Shown here piece by piece: positions 29,287-41,100 of a stretch of 60,769 nucleotides of DNA. The DNA is from a virus. Taxonomy: Duplodnaviria > Caudoviricetes. A program made the translations under genes and the position numbers. The stretch spans positions 1 through 60,769 of IMG/VR virus record IMGVR_UViG_3300043427_002600, one strand, 5' to 3'. Within the stretch, counting starts at the first letter, position 1. Each line of letters starts with the position of its first letter. Below the pieces are notes generated by a model, which saw nothing but the letters and a program-made list of their open reading frames with translations, did not search any database and was not told the origin of the DNA.

Positions 29287-32200
29287 TTAACTGCAATACT
29301 TCTTAAATCAGCAAATCGTGGAGGATTTGATTGATCAGTTCCAGACATTACAATTTTAATTGTATATCCAGTAAAGTCTCCAAGATTACTAGCAGTAAAT
29401 TCATATTCAAGGAACTGATTTTCTAAACTTGCAGGAACAAATACATCAGGAAGACCACTATTTTGAGATGGATCAACAACGTCTAAATATCCATCTTGAT
29501 TACTATCGATTGTTAAATTATTATAACCTGGAAATAGTTCAAATGCTTGTTCAATTTCACTGGAGTCTGGGCGTATTAAACTATAAAGAACTCTAAAGTC
29601 TGCAGAGGAAGGTCTGTAGGCAGATAAAAGAACTTTAAGAGACGATGCTGGTTGCTCTAATCTAATAGTATTGGATACATATACTGCAGAGTGGGGATCA
29701 TCATTTATAGAATTAACTCTTCCATCGTTAATGTAATCGGAGATGGGATTATTTAAACTATTGCTCAATAAAACAACCGAAGAGTCTTTCCAGAAAACTA
29801 GCGGAGAAAGATTATTATCAGAAGTTGATAGATTTACCTTTAATATTAGTGATTTACTTCTATTTTGAAGTAAAGATCCATTTAGGTATGTAATTTCATT
29901 AACATTTGAGCAAATGATTCTTGTTGATGAGAGTTTATTTCTTGATCCAATTTCAACATTTTCATATCCTAAGTCCTGGAAAGAAATTTCATTGCCACCA
30001 GCACTTGTTCCGCTCACTGTTCTAACTTGTGTTGATATATCTGTTAGAGAACTAGGAACCACAGAAGAAATTTGTGGGATAATTGTATCATATTGTATAT
30101 TTTGTGTAGCAGTAACTTGATTACCACCACCCGAATATTCGGAATTGAAACAAAGTTGTGGCGTGGAATCGGTATTATTGTCTGAACTTCTATCTACACC
30201 ATTTACAGACCTATCAAATTCAAGATAATATTTATCAATGTCTCCTGAAATATTACTAATATTGTGAGTTGTATTTATTCTTCTCAAAGAAACTCCAGAA
30301 AGTTCATATTTATAAATTGGGGTATTAATTGAATGGTCTTGAATAGTTGTCGAATCAAATCCTCTAGTGCAAGAAATTAACTGATTATTTGAAGTTCCAA
30401 CATACTTAATAATTTCATTACCAACTTTCACATATCCTGGATTATTGCTATCCACAAGATATCCTTCAAATGTTGTAAAGTTTGCTGTGGAAGCAAGACT
30501 AATACTCGTATCAGAAATATTAATTGGTGATATTAAGATTCCTGGTGCAATATTAGATTCTATATTATCTAATATTACTTTGTTGTTTGATGCGTGCATT
30601 CCGTGTTCAAACTGACTCACTTCTAGGACATTACCACCATAAATTCCACCGACAGGGACGGAAGACTTTATTAACGTAGAAGCTAGAGATACTGCGTTTC
30701 CAGAATTATCGTAATATACTAAAGATATGTTATCGGTAAAATCATTTCCCTGAACATTTGATAGATATAAAGTGTCTAGACCACTAATCGTTGATATAGT
30801 AATTATTGCATCTCTGCCGGTTGATGTAGAAACTGATGAGGTTACAATACCCACGATATCTCCAACAGCGTATCCATTTCCTGGATTTACTACAGTTGCA
30901 ACTCCAACAGATCCGTTAGTCGCAGTAATGTTTAACGTAAGTCCCGATCCATTACCACTAATTGAATATGTTTGTACTGCGGATGTATTTGAATAATTAG
31001 ATCCTCCACTTGTTAAACTTATTGAAGAAACGGAACTTCCCGTGCCAGTAATATAACCATACTTATACGAATCTGCCGCACCGGAACCAGAAATTTTTCT
31101 TCCAGTAGTTAATATTCCCAATAATCCACTATTTGTTACTGTGGTAATTCCAACAATTAATTTTCTTGGCAAAACTTTAACTGGGTTATTAGTTAATGTT
31201 GGAACATATCCATTACTTTCATTAAGAGATGGATTTTGGAACAAGATACTACCACTTGTTGATGTAAAGTTTGCCTTATAAAGTTTAAACTTCATATCTT
31301 GATAGTCATTTGGTGTCCATTCGGCACCATTTTGAGATTTATAGAGTCTTCCAACTGCAAACTGTTTGGTATAACGAACACTTTCCGCGTCTGGTAAAGT
31401 TGATGTATTCACAGTTTTTTGACCCATTTCTGCAATCCAAACCTCGTATTGGTCAGATTGTGGTGATAGGAGTGCTATTGCATATTGAAGTCCTGGAGAA
31501 AGATAAACTGGGTAATCAAATGTTACTTTTGTCGCTACTGTTGCATCTCGTGATGTGGTTATTTGATCTGGTCTTAATGTAACTTGTGCAAGTATTGTTT
31601 TTGTTGGTGTTCCCAACTCAACTGTTCTTACTTCTACAGTTAGAGGAGTATTTCCAGAATCTTTACTTGCAAAAAAGAGATCTACAGCAGTTAAGTATAC
31701 ACCATTGGTGTCATCATTTGCAATATTACCATTAACATCCTCAATATTTCCACCAACAGTAAATGATTGTGCCAAAGGATCTACAAATTGGAACCTAATA
31801 TTTTGTGTAGTAATTGTTCTCTGCCTTTGTTCCCATCTACCAGTAGATCTGTAAATAGTCTCTCCAGAAGAAATTAATGCACTTCCAGGAAGAGGAGTTT
31901 CATTATTTTCACTCGATGTTAATTTATAAACTTTAGCACCTGTATTTACTCTAGTTGCTGGTGGTGGAATTGTATTTGGATCTCTTAGGAAAAATGATCC
32001 AAAAAGATCTCCATAATTATCGGAAACCAATCTTAAATCTTTAACATAAGCGATTGAACCACTAGTTGTACCAACCAACTTCATTCCAGGAATTAAATAT
32101 CCAGAGTACAAACCTTGAGTTTGTTGGCATAAAGATTCAATATCTACATTCAAAATATTTGAAGAAGAACTATATGATGCTGGAATATTTTCATTTCTCT

Positions 32201-35200
32201 TGTAAGGATTGATATTATATGTTGTTGATGGTGAATTAAAAGGACCTTCTTTGTGATTTGAAGTTGCAACTCTAAATCTAATTAAAATTCTATCATTAAA
32301 AGAACCAACTACAGTTTCACCGACTTGAAACGCCCCAGAAGAACCATAATTTTGCAAATTGGAATCACTAGAAATTTCAATTAGTTTTGGAATAAAATCG
32401 ACGCCACTTTCACCGTCTAAAAATTGATAAAATCTTGTTAATGGTCTAAGATTGGATGCATAGAATCCAGTATTTCTGGATCTCATAAACCTTTCTTCAC
32501 CATCAAATACCTCTTCTTCTTCGTTAGTTATGACAGCACCTGTCAATCTACTAACCGTTCTTCTTCTGTTAAATAACCATCCCCATAAACCTCTTCTCCT
32601 TATTCTTATCTGAGTAAATACTGGTTGTGCATTATTATTATTAATCCACCTTTGTGCAGATCCCGGAGTAATCCTTAAAGTTGTACTTGTTGTAACTAAA
32701 ATATCTTCAAGTCTAATACTTCTCACCCAGCTATCACTTTCTGGATTTAACTTTATAACTCCATTATAACTTACTACATTAAATGGATTGACATTTTCAA
32801 CTCTTGTTGCCAGTGGTTGCTCAATCCACCCAACAGATTCATATTTTAAAGTGATTGCATCCCCAGTTTTTTGTACATTTGAATCATAAAGAGTAAAATT
32901 TTTATTTAAATCCAAATCCTCATTTGTAAATACTTCCGCAGACACTGGAAGTAAATTGATACTATTTCTTCCTACTGGTGCAGATAACTCCTCAGTATCT
33001 TCATCAATTTCTGCGGTTGTTAATAAATTATTCATTAAATCATAATTTTTAAAATCATCTACAAAAAATCCAGTTTTAAATCTATTAAATCCTTGTGCAT
33101 CTTGAATTTGTAGTGTTTGAGTATTTAATTCTAAAAGAGACAAGGAAGTTACTCTTTCTAAATTCTTAACTCTATTATTAATAAGTCCAATATCTCTCAT
33201 TGTATAACGTCTATTATCAACCAAAGATATAATCGCATCTCTTGGATTATAAAGATATGGTGGAAGATTTATTGTACATAATTCTATAACTTCGGATGGA
33301 TTTGGTGGTGGTGTAGGTAATACAGATGGAGTTCCTTGCGAAACGATAAATTGACCTAACTTATTAAGATATAACTTATCAATTCTACCTAAGTAAAAAT
33401 CATACGATACTAATGAACTTTCGTTTGGAGTTAAGATTACTTTCGGTTCATTAGTAAAAGATCGTGAAGAAAAATCAAATGGGGATGAACTTGACCCAGT
33501 AAAAACGGATACTCTTGGTCTAAAGTCGAGTGTATCTGATGCCCTGACATTGTTAATGCCAATAAATGGCACATCGGAATTAAATCTCTCAGATTCGTAG
33601 CTATTTACTGTAAATACATCACCGGTATCATTGGATGGTATTGAATAATAATCAAAGATTGCTAGAATTTTATTAGTTGGTTCAGATTCTCCTTTTTTTC
33701 TCACTAGTCTGGAATAATCATAATATTGATCTTTTTGAGCCTTATCAAGAATAAATTTATTTGTGATATTTTTATATCTTCCGGCAGTAAATAGATCAAT
33801 AGTAGTATCTATATTTGATTCTTCGAAATAAACATTTTCATTTGCGAAAAACTTATTGTTGTTTAGATAAACAACTCCCAATGTATTTGAAGATGGTTTT
33901 GAAACAATTCTAGCGACTGCTTTACTCTGCTTTCCTCTAATATTTTCCCCAATAATTGCATTAGTATCAACATTAACTGTTGAACTAAATGTAAGTGTAT
34001 CCAAAACAGGATTAGAAGTATCTAATGACTCATATACAGCAATAATTTTAGCAACATCTGGATATCTTAAACAAATTTCTTCATCCTGAACTCTCAAACC
34101 ATAATAAGAATTGTATGTTAATCCATCATTAATCGATGTGTTAATTCCAGTTCCTGATTGAACATTTTTTGAAAGATCAATGCTTAATGATTGACTTCTG
34201 TTAAACTTTTTAACTTTATTTTGAATACCATTTTTGACAAATGTAGCATTAATTACACTAATATTTTTATTTTGAATGTTATTGAATGTCAATTGATTAT
34301 TGAATAGAACTACCTTATCGGAAGATAGTGGTTCAATAGTACCATCTGCATAATGAATTGAATATCTCTCTTCATCATATGGTTCAAATTGAGATATTGA
34401 AGTGCTTACTCCAAGAGTGAAGTTTGATGGGGATAATACTAAAGATCCTCCAGAAGGTGTTAAAGTTCCTGCCGATTGTGCAGTAAAAACTAAATTAGAA
34501 TTTGTTAAGTTAGTTGATGAGATATTTGTATTTGGCAATTCGGCGTATAAAAATCCACTTTGTTGATTTCTGATTCTAGGAGATCCAACGGAAAAAGTTA
34601 CTGTTGTTTGTGATACTGGCAAAGACCCATCACAAATTCCACTAACAGTAGATATTCCAGATAAAGTTATTGTAGTTTTATCGGAAGAAATTGTTGCAAC
34701 TCTATTGTATGTTTCTGTATTAAAACCAACTCGCTGATATCTGATAATAGCACCACTTGATATTCCTGTAAAAATTTTACCAGAGGAAGATACATTTCCA
34801 TTAGATTCAATTGTAATAGTATCTGTGGGTGAAAATCCCGTAGGTATTATTTTATCTAATTGAGTATCTGCCAAAAATGCAGTTGAAAATCCAGAAACTG
34901 ACGTTGATTGATATACAGATTTAATATCTTGAGATGAATATGTGGTAATATTCTTGATAGATCTAGGATATGTCTCCACACCATTAATCAAAATCTGCTC
35001 ATTTACAATAAATGTTCCAGAAGTTTGTCTTATAAAAAGTCTATCCGAACCTGACCCTGCGGCAGTTGCATATCCAGATGCTCCACTGCTTTTACCTTTG
35101 ATAAATGAGGAGAGTGGTAATTCAGATCCCGAAAGGCTTTTATTTAATTGAATTTCTGTATAAGTTTGAATATCAAATAAATAAAGATCCCAATTCGTAG

Positions 35201-36548
35201 AGTTTCCAGAATATGCAGAATCTGTAACTGAAAAAGTATAAATTCTTGCATCTCCAATTTTAGTTCCTGAAGGAGTTGTTGTTGAAGATTTTCTATAGTT
35301 GTATAAATCAACTGTCTGTTTTTGTAAAGGAGCTCCTGATACATTATTAATTCTAATCAAATTTCCCATTTCAAATGGAATATTGATATTTGTTCTAGAC
35401 TCAGTAGTTCTAGGCTTTGCAACATCTAAAATTTCAACTCCAGTTTTTTCAATATCATACCCTCTCACATATGCTTTTCCGGGAGATAACTTAATACACA
35501 TTAAGTTATCTGAAGGTGTATTACCTTGATCTGTTTTTTCATTTGAAAAATATATACCATCATTCCCTAAAGCATCGTTTAGCGAATTGTGTATAGAAAA
35601 TTGAAATGGATCAACTACATAATCTCCGGATTCATCATAAGTTCTTTGCGCCAAATAATCTTTAATTAAAGAATAGCTAGATTTTACATCTATTTTTTTA
35701 ATTGCTCCTTCCCTAACTCTCAATAATTCAACAAAATCAGTATCATTTACATCTTCAATAAGTTTTTTCGTTAATACTAAGGATATTTGAAATCTATCGG
35801 CTCCAGGTGCAGCAAAATTTGTAAATCCTTTTGCATTATCATACAGACTAGAATCATCTTTTGGGGTAATTATCTTCTCATCTATTCGCAATCCAACTCT
35901 ATATGAAGGTGAATTTGTATAATAATCTAAAATAATTGTCTGCTTCTCAACTTTAACAAAAGATCCCCTAATAAAATATATTCCCTCCCCAATTGAAGCC
36001 GCTGATCCAATCGCAGTTGAATTTGTGGAAATAGTTGTTGCAAATGGTGTTCCTGATGTTATTGTTCCAATAATCTCACTGGCATATAATTGCTCATTAT
36101 CTTGAAATTGATTTACTTGAAAATTAACATCAGAATCTAAATATTTAACGTAAATAGTTGGATATTCAATCTCAGAATTTGGTAGTTGGACAAATTGAAT
36201 AGTTGCAGTTACTCCAGATATTTGTCCTGTAATTTTTTTACCTACAAATTCCGACAAATACGATGATATTTCAACATTATACTGCTGTGGATTCAATTTA
36301 ACAGAATAAAATTGATTATCATAAACAATATTACCGGGAATTACTACAGACCCTTCTTTGAATATATGACTTCCAAATGTTTCTACTTGATTTTGTAATA
36401 TTGACTGTAAAGTATTTAATTCTCTTGCCTGAATTGGTTTTCCAGGGTTGAATAAAACTTTATAGTAATTTTTATCCCTAGCACCTTGATCCTTTTCCAA
36501 GAAGTCATCAAAGTATGGGCTTACATTAAGATTCGTTTTTTGGGCCAT
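29283..36548 (-). CDS. Large virion structural protein, VrlC-like (DUF4815-type)
   Basis: 2421 aa; NLNVSPYFDDF, QARELNTLQ, APGADRF, RRYTMRDIG, DPLAQSF. Confidence 0.85.
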   Translation of the reverse strand: MAQKTNLNVSPYFDDFLEKDQGARDKNYYKVLFNPGKPIQARELNTLQSILQNQVETFGSHIFKEGSVVIPGNIVYDNQFYSVKLNPQQYNVEISSYLSEFVGKKITGQISGVTATIQFVQLPNSEIEYPTIYVKYLDSDVNFQVNQFQDNEQLYASEIIGTITSGTPFATTISTNSTAIGSAASIGEGIYFIRGSFVKVEKQTIILDYYTNSPSYRVGLRIDEKIITPKDDSSLYDNAKGFTNFAAPGADRFQISLVLTKKLIEDVNDTDFVELLRVREGAIKKIDVKSSYSLIKDYLAQRTYDESGDYVVDPFQFSIHNSLNDALGNDGIYFSNEKTDQGNTPSDNLMCIKLSPGKAYVRGYDIEKTGVEILDVAKPRTTESRTNINIPFEMGNLIRINNVSGAPLQKQTVDLYNYRKSSTTTPSGTKIGDARIYTFSVTDSAYSGNSTNWDLYLFDIQTYTEIQLNKSLSGSELPLSSFIKGKSSGASGYATAAGSGSDRLFIRQTSGTFIVNEQILINGVETYPRSIKNITTYSSQDIKSVYQSTSVSGFSTAFLADTQLDKIIPTGFSPTDTITIESNGNVSSSGKIFTGISSGAIIRYQRVGFNTETYNRVATISSDKTTITLSGISTVSGICDGSLPVSQTTVTFSVGSPRIRNQQSGFLYAELPNTNISSTNLTNSNLVFTAQSAGTLTPSGGSLVLSPSNFTLGVSTSISQFEPYDEERYSIHYADGTIEPLSSDKVVLFNNQLTFNNIQNKNISVINATFVKNGIQNKVKKFNRSQSLSIDLSKNVQSGTGINTSINDGLTYNSYYGLRVQDEEICLRYPDVAKIIAVYESLDTSNPVLDTLTFSSTVNVDTNAIIGENIRGKQSKAVARIVSKPSSNTLGVVYLNNNKFFANENVYFEESNIDTTIDLFTAGRYKNITNKFILDKAQKDQYYDYSRLVRKKGESEPTNKILAIFDYYSIPSNDTGDVFTVNSYESERFNSDVPFIGINNVRASDTLDFRPRVSVFTGSSSSPFDFSSRSFTNEPKVILTPNESSLVSYDFYLGRIDKLYLNKLGQFIVSQGTPSVLPTPPPNPSEVIELCTINLPPYLYNPRDAIISLVDNRRYTMRDIGLINNRVKNLERVTSLSLLELNTQTLQIQDAQGFNRFKTGFFVDDFKNYDLMNNLLTTAEIDEDTEELSAPVGRNSINLLPVSAEVFTNEDLDLNKNFTLYDSNVQKTGDAITLKYESVGWIEQPLATRVENVNPFNVVSYNGVIKLNPESDSWVRSIRLEDILVTTSTTLRITPGSAQRWINNNNAQPVFTQIRIRRRGLWGWLFNRRRTVSRLTGAVITNEEEEVFDGEERFMRSRNTGFYASNLRPLTRFYQFLDGESGVDFIPKLIEISSDSNLQNYGSSGAFQVGETVVGSFNDRILIRFRVATSNHKEGPFNSPSTTYNINPYKRNENIPASYSSSSNILNVDIESLCQQTQGLYSGYLIPGMKLVGTTSGSIAYVKDLRLVSDNYGDLFGSFFLRDPNTIPPPATRVNTGAKVYKLTSSENNETPLPGSALISSGETIYRSTGRWEQRQRTITTQNIRFQFVDPLAQSFTVGGNIEDVNGNIANDDTNGVYLTAVDLFFASKDSGNTPLTVEVRTVELGTPTKTILAQVTLRPDQITTSRDATVATKVTFDYPVYLSPGLQYAIALLSPQSDQYEVWIAEMGQKTVNTSTLPDAESVRYTKQFAVGRLYKSQNGAEWTPNDYQDMKFKLYKANFTSTSGSILFQNPSLNESNGYVPTLTNNPVKVLPRKLIVGITTVTNSGLLGILTTGRKISGSGAADSYKYGYITGTGSSVSSISLTSGGSNYSNTSAVQTYSISGNGSGLTLNITATNGSVGVATVVNPGNGYAVGDIVGIVTSSVSTSTGRDAIITISTISGLDTLYLSNVQGNDFTDNISLVYYDNSGNAVSLASTLIKSSVPVGGIYGGNVLEVSQFEHGMHASNNKVILDNIESNIAPGILISPINISDTSISLASTANFTTFEGYLVDSNNPGYVKVGNEIIKYVGTSNNQLISCTRGFDSTTIQDHSINTPIYKYELSGVSLRRINTTHNISNISGDIDKYYLEFDRSVNGVDRSSDNNTDSTPQLCFNSEYSGGGNQVTATQNIQYDTIIPQISSVVPSSLTDISTQVRTVSGTSAGGNEISFQDLGYENVEIGSRNKLSSTRIICSNVNEITYLNGSLLQNRSKSLILKVNLSTSDNNLSPLVFWKDSSVVLLSNSLNNPISDYINDGRVNSINDDPHSAVYVSNTIRLEQPASSLKVLLSAYRPSSADFRVLYSLIRPDSSEIEQAFELFPGYNNLTIDSNQDGYLDVVDPSQNSGLPDVFVPASLENQFLEYEFTASNLGDFTGYTIKIVMSGTDQSNPPRFADLRSIAVK

Positions 36549-36551
36549 CTG

Positions 36552-38129
36552 TTAAAATTCCAGAATAATTTTAATGTCTTCTTTTTGCCTAGAATTCCTA
36601 GTAACTGTAGATCTATTATCAATATAGATTATGTCTCCAGACTTATTATTTATCTCTGGATTTGCGAGACCATTTTCAAATATTACACCTAAGTTTATAA
36701 CCTTATTAGAAATAGTTGTAGTGATTCCAGAATAACTCATAATATTTGCAGAAAAACCACCAACAGTTGTGACTTGTTGGGGTGGATCTTCTCCAGGAAC
36801 ATTTGGTTCGAAATTTAAAATACTATTTGTTGATGATGAGAAGAATGAAGAAATTCCTGGAAAATCTTGATAGGTAGATCCACCACCACCTCCAAAATAT
36901 AAAGATCTGTCCCTATAATACTTTAAAATACTTGTCTCACTGTCATAAGAAACAACGTATCCATATGCAACTCCACCAGTTACATTTTGTTTTATTATAT
37001 CACCGATAGAAACTGATCCGGAAATATCCTTCAATCTCATTGAATAAACGCCAGAAAATTCATTGTCAGTATATGTTGCTGTGCTAACGCCAGTTGCATC
37101 ATACGTGAATGGATTTTTTAAAATACCAATTTGTGCAAAACTAGAGTCGATTGGAAAATCTTTAGTTGAATCATCAAATCTGACATAAACTAAAACTTTA
37201 TCTGCACCCAATTCCTCATAAATATCAAATCCATGTCCCTTTGATGGTGGAATAATTGGAATTAACTCAGCATAAGTTCCTGGATTTGTAGTTGTCCCCA
37301 AATCAATTAATGCATAAGTATAATTCTTACCTCCACTAGTAACAACTACATCTGAAATTTTAGTATCTGCACCTACAGTAATTGATGTAGTTCCCCCAGA
37401 ACCATCTCCAACTAAATTACATGATTTAGTTCCAGTAGCATATCCTAATCCTTGATTTTCTATATAAACTTTTTTAATTTGATTATCGTTTAAGGTTGAA
37501 TCACCATTTTCTCTAACTGACTGAATTTGAGAATCTGTAGATGTTTGCCAATTATTTGGAACAGTAATATATTCAGTAGAGTCAAATTTAATTACATCAC
37601 TTGGAACCATTGAATACAAATATTTCCAAGTATATCCATCATCTAAAGTTACTGGTTCTAAATCTGTAAAATTTGGTTCTACCTGAGAAACATTACCAGT
37701 TCTATTTGTTACGGACGAACCGTTATCTATACAGATATAAACTCTATAATCTGAATTAATTACATAATAATTTGCATCATATAATCTTAAAGCTCCTGTC
37801 GACGGTGCAGAATTTATGCCACTATAATCTGGTCGATACATTTCATAAATTTGACCAGAAATCCAATCAATTCTTCTAACTACTCTTCTAAGATTTGCAC
37901 TGGTTATTTTTTTACCAAACAACACTGTGCTTTCATAATGATTTAAATAATCAATATTATCTGTCGGGTTTGGTGTAGTTATATTCCATTGAGAATCTCT
38001 TCCAAAACCAGAAGTTGTAGGATTGGATAACCCAACAAATACATAAAAAGAATTTGAACTGTCCTCAACAGAATCTACAAAACTAGATGCATTAAGTATT
38101 CTAAACTTATCAGTTACAATTGCTGGCAT
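36552..38129 (-). CDS. g8: Baseplate wedge protein gp8
   Basis: RVYICIDNG, DGYTWKYLY, PSKGHGFD, QKEDIKIILEF. Confidence 0.9.
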   Translation of the reverse strand: MPAIVTDKFRILNASSFVDSVEDSSNSFYVFVGLSNPTTSGFGRDSQWNITTPNPTDNIDYLNHYESTVLFGKKITSANLRRVVRRIDWISGQIYEMYRPDYSGINSAPSTGALRLYDANYYVINSDYRVYICIDNGSSVTNRTGNVSQVEPNFTDLEPVTLDDGYTWKYLYSMVPSDVIKFDSTEYITVPNNWQTSTDSQIQSVRENGDSTLNDNQIKKVYIENQGLGYATGTKSCNLVGDGSGGTTSITVGADTKISDVVVTSGGKNYTYALIDLGTTTNPGTYAELIPIIPPSKGHGFDIYEELGADKVLVYVRFDDSTKDFPIDSSFAQIGILKNPFTYDATGVSTATYTDNEFSGVYSMRLKDISGSVSIGDIIKQNVTGGVAYGYVVSYDSETSILKYYRDRSLYFGGGGGSTYQDFPGISSFFSSSTNSILNFEPNVPGEDPPQQVTTVGGFSANIMSYSGITTTISNKVINLGVIFENGLANPEINNKSGDIIYIDNRSTVTRNSRQKEDIKIILEF

Positions 38130-38147
38130 TTGAACTTGTTTTTTCTA

Positions 38148-38155
38148 TATTTATA
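38148..38155 (-). promoter_or_regulatory. Late promoter TATAAATA
   Basis: Exact consensus upstream of g8. Confidence 0.75.
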
Positions 38156-38172
38156 TTGGAATTCATATTTCT

Positions 38173-41100
38173 TTATTTTATAATAGGTCCCACACTTCTT
38201 AGTCCGTATCCTCTTCGTTGCATTATCGGGAATGTAGAAAGACCACTATCAACAGTAAATCCAGAAATACCTATTGAAATTGGGGAAGAGGATCTATTAA
38301 ATCCAGAAATTTTACCCCAAGAAAACTTTCCTACAACACCAGTAGTTGCAATTCCGACAATAGAAGATCCTGAGTGTATATTGCAAGTTACTACTCCAGT
38401 AGATGGGTTAATTCCACTAATAATATAGATATTATCTAAACAAGTTGTTCCGATTCCAACAATATCTAGATTATTACTCAAAATTGTTGTTACACCATTA
38501 CCTACTTTAGTATTAAAGACATAAAGGGGATAACCTGTGGAAAGACCTGTCAAATTTATAGTAAAATTAATCGCTAACGCAGTTCCCACACCAACTGTAG
38601 TTCCAATGCCAACGATAGTTCCAATTGTTCCTGCAATTCCTGTTATATTTGTTATATTTTCATAAATTGGACTTGGTAAAGGAACTAGAACTTGGGGAGG
38701 ATTGTTTGTAGTATATCCAAGTCCAGGATTTGTTATTGTAGTAGATGAAAGTGATCCATTCACAATGGAGATAGATGCGGTAGCAACTGTTCCAATTCCT
38801 GCACCTATTTTGGGTGGAGAAGAAATATTAACATTTATTGAAGAACCTGTATATCCACTACCAATATTAGTAATTACTAAAGATTGAACAGTTCCTGCAG
38901 CAGAAACTACGGCAGTTACTGCTGCTGAAACTGGATCATCAGCACCAGATACAATTAAAGCATCAAAATCAATTTCTCCAGGCAAAACATTTTCATAGTT
39001 GAATAGTGATATAGAATCAACAAAAATTTCATCGTCATTTTCATCAAACGTTTTTATTATTTTTGCCGTAGGATAAATTTGAGTTTCTATTGAATCACGA
39101 GATTTGGAGACTAAATTGCCATTAATAAATTTATCAGTTTTTTGTTTTATCCAACTAACAGGTTTATAATTAATAGAATCTACCCCCTTATCAAAATAAA
39201 GATTAGTTTCTATTGTTGATGATGTAAGAATATCAGTCACAGTCCTAGAATTTTGTGTTGTAGTAATTCCCAAATACGCATTATTACTAAAAACTTGCAC
39301 ATCATCACCTATTTTCAAAGTTTCATATATTAAAATTTGAGAGCTATCTTCAGAACTTCCTCTATAAAAATAGATTGCCACATTGTCTTCTTCTTTTGGT
39401 GGTTCTGTGAATACAAACGATGTTCCACCATCAAATTGATAAGATTCTCCTGGATTTTGTAGGATACCATTTATAAAAATAATTAAAAGAGAATTAAAAT
39501 TAATTAATTGAGAATCTAGATCAGATCCGTCCCTTTCAAAACTCAGTAGATTTCCATTGTAGTATAATGGAAATCTTGTTCTAGAACCATCTTGATAGTT
39601 TTTCACCGAATCAATATAATCTATTTGCCCAAATTGCCATGCAGAAAAAGAGTCAGTGAAGGTATCTAAAACAGTAATTTCAAACTCAGAAATAGGATTT
39701 GGAATTCCTTTAGCAGTTACTAACCCCACAGGTTTAAATACATCACCTTTTTCAAATCCATATCCATTTCTCTTGATTTTAAAATTCTTCACTTCAAACA
39801 ATGTAGATCCAATACCTGTTGTTGAACTTGCCCCAACATCAATATCCATTAGAATACCTATTCCACAATCAGTTGTTGATCCAACAGATAATCTAGAAAC
39901 TCCAACTATAGGTAAATTACTATAACTTGGGGAAGAAATATTAATTATTGGACTAACATATCCAGTTCCACCATTAACGATAGTAAAAGACAATGATCCA
40001 CCAGCTCCTACAGATGCTGTAATAGTTGCTGAAGAACCAACGTGACCAATTTCAGTTATTCCTATTGATATTGGTGATCTATATCCAGATCCCCAATTGC
40101 CAGTGTATAAATCGCCAGAAGTTCCAATTCCAACAGATACAATAGATCCGCCAGCACCTATTATAGCAGTCACAGATGCCCCTACAAGAGGTGCGTATCC
40201 CAATCCACCACTAGATCCAAGTGAAACAATTAAACCTCCTCTAGGGAGTTGGTTTAAATTAACATCAGATTCTGAGATTACTACTGAACCATTTGAAGAG
40301 GTTATACCAGAAAAGGTTATACTTGATATGCCAGAAATTTGATCTTCAGTAATTGCAAAATTATTATTTGGGTTATTTTCAGTTGTTGGAGTTTGGAATA
40401 TTCCATTAATAAAGACCAATCCACTTATTCCGCTTGTACCTAATCCAACAATATTATTCCCAGAAACTGTTAATTTATAAGTTTGTCCAATTCCAGTAAA
40501 TTGTTCTGAAATATTATCATAAACTTTATTATCATCGTAATTTTTTCTCAAAAATACTCTACCAGAAAAATAATCTCTTGATTCTGGTAATGCATCATCA
40601 TCATCAAATAATTGATCCTCTAATGATCCTTGGGGAGTGTCAGAGAAGTAAATATTACTTCCAACAATGTTAAATGATCCTCTATAAACTGAGGCAATGC
40701 CAGAATTTGAATGCGTAGTTGCAGATGATCCGACAGAACCTCTTTCAACACTGACAAGAGGGAATGTTCCCGCAAAAGAAATAGGTCCAGAGTAACTGGT
40801 TCCTAAACCAACATTAATTACTTTCATATATTCACTATCTACTTTCAACAAATCTCCAATTCTAATAGATGATATTCCACTTAACCCAAATGTTGTTGTA
40901 GAAGATCCAACTTGAGACCCATTATTAATGGTATAGTTTAAGAGTGCATAAGAAATAGGTTCTTGGACAATATTACTAATTGTGATAATAGATTTCTCAT
41001 TCTTTTTCAACATTTCAAATTGGTGGGCATTTCCAGATCCTAGAGAAGTGAATGTTACTGATATACCAGAATTTGCATATTCCTCTCTTGTTGAGATCTT

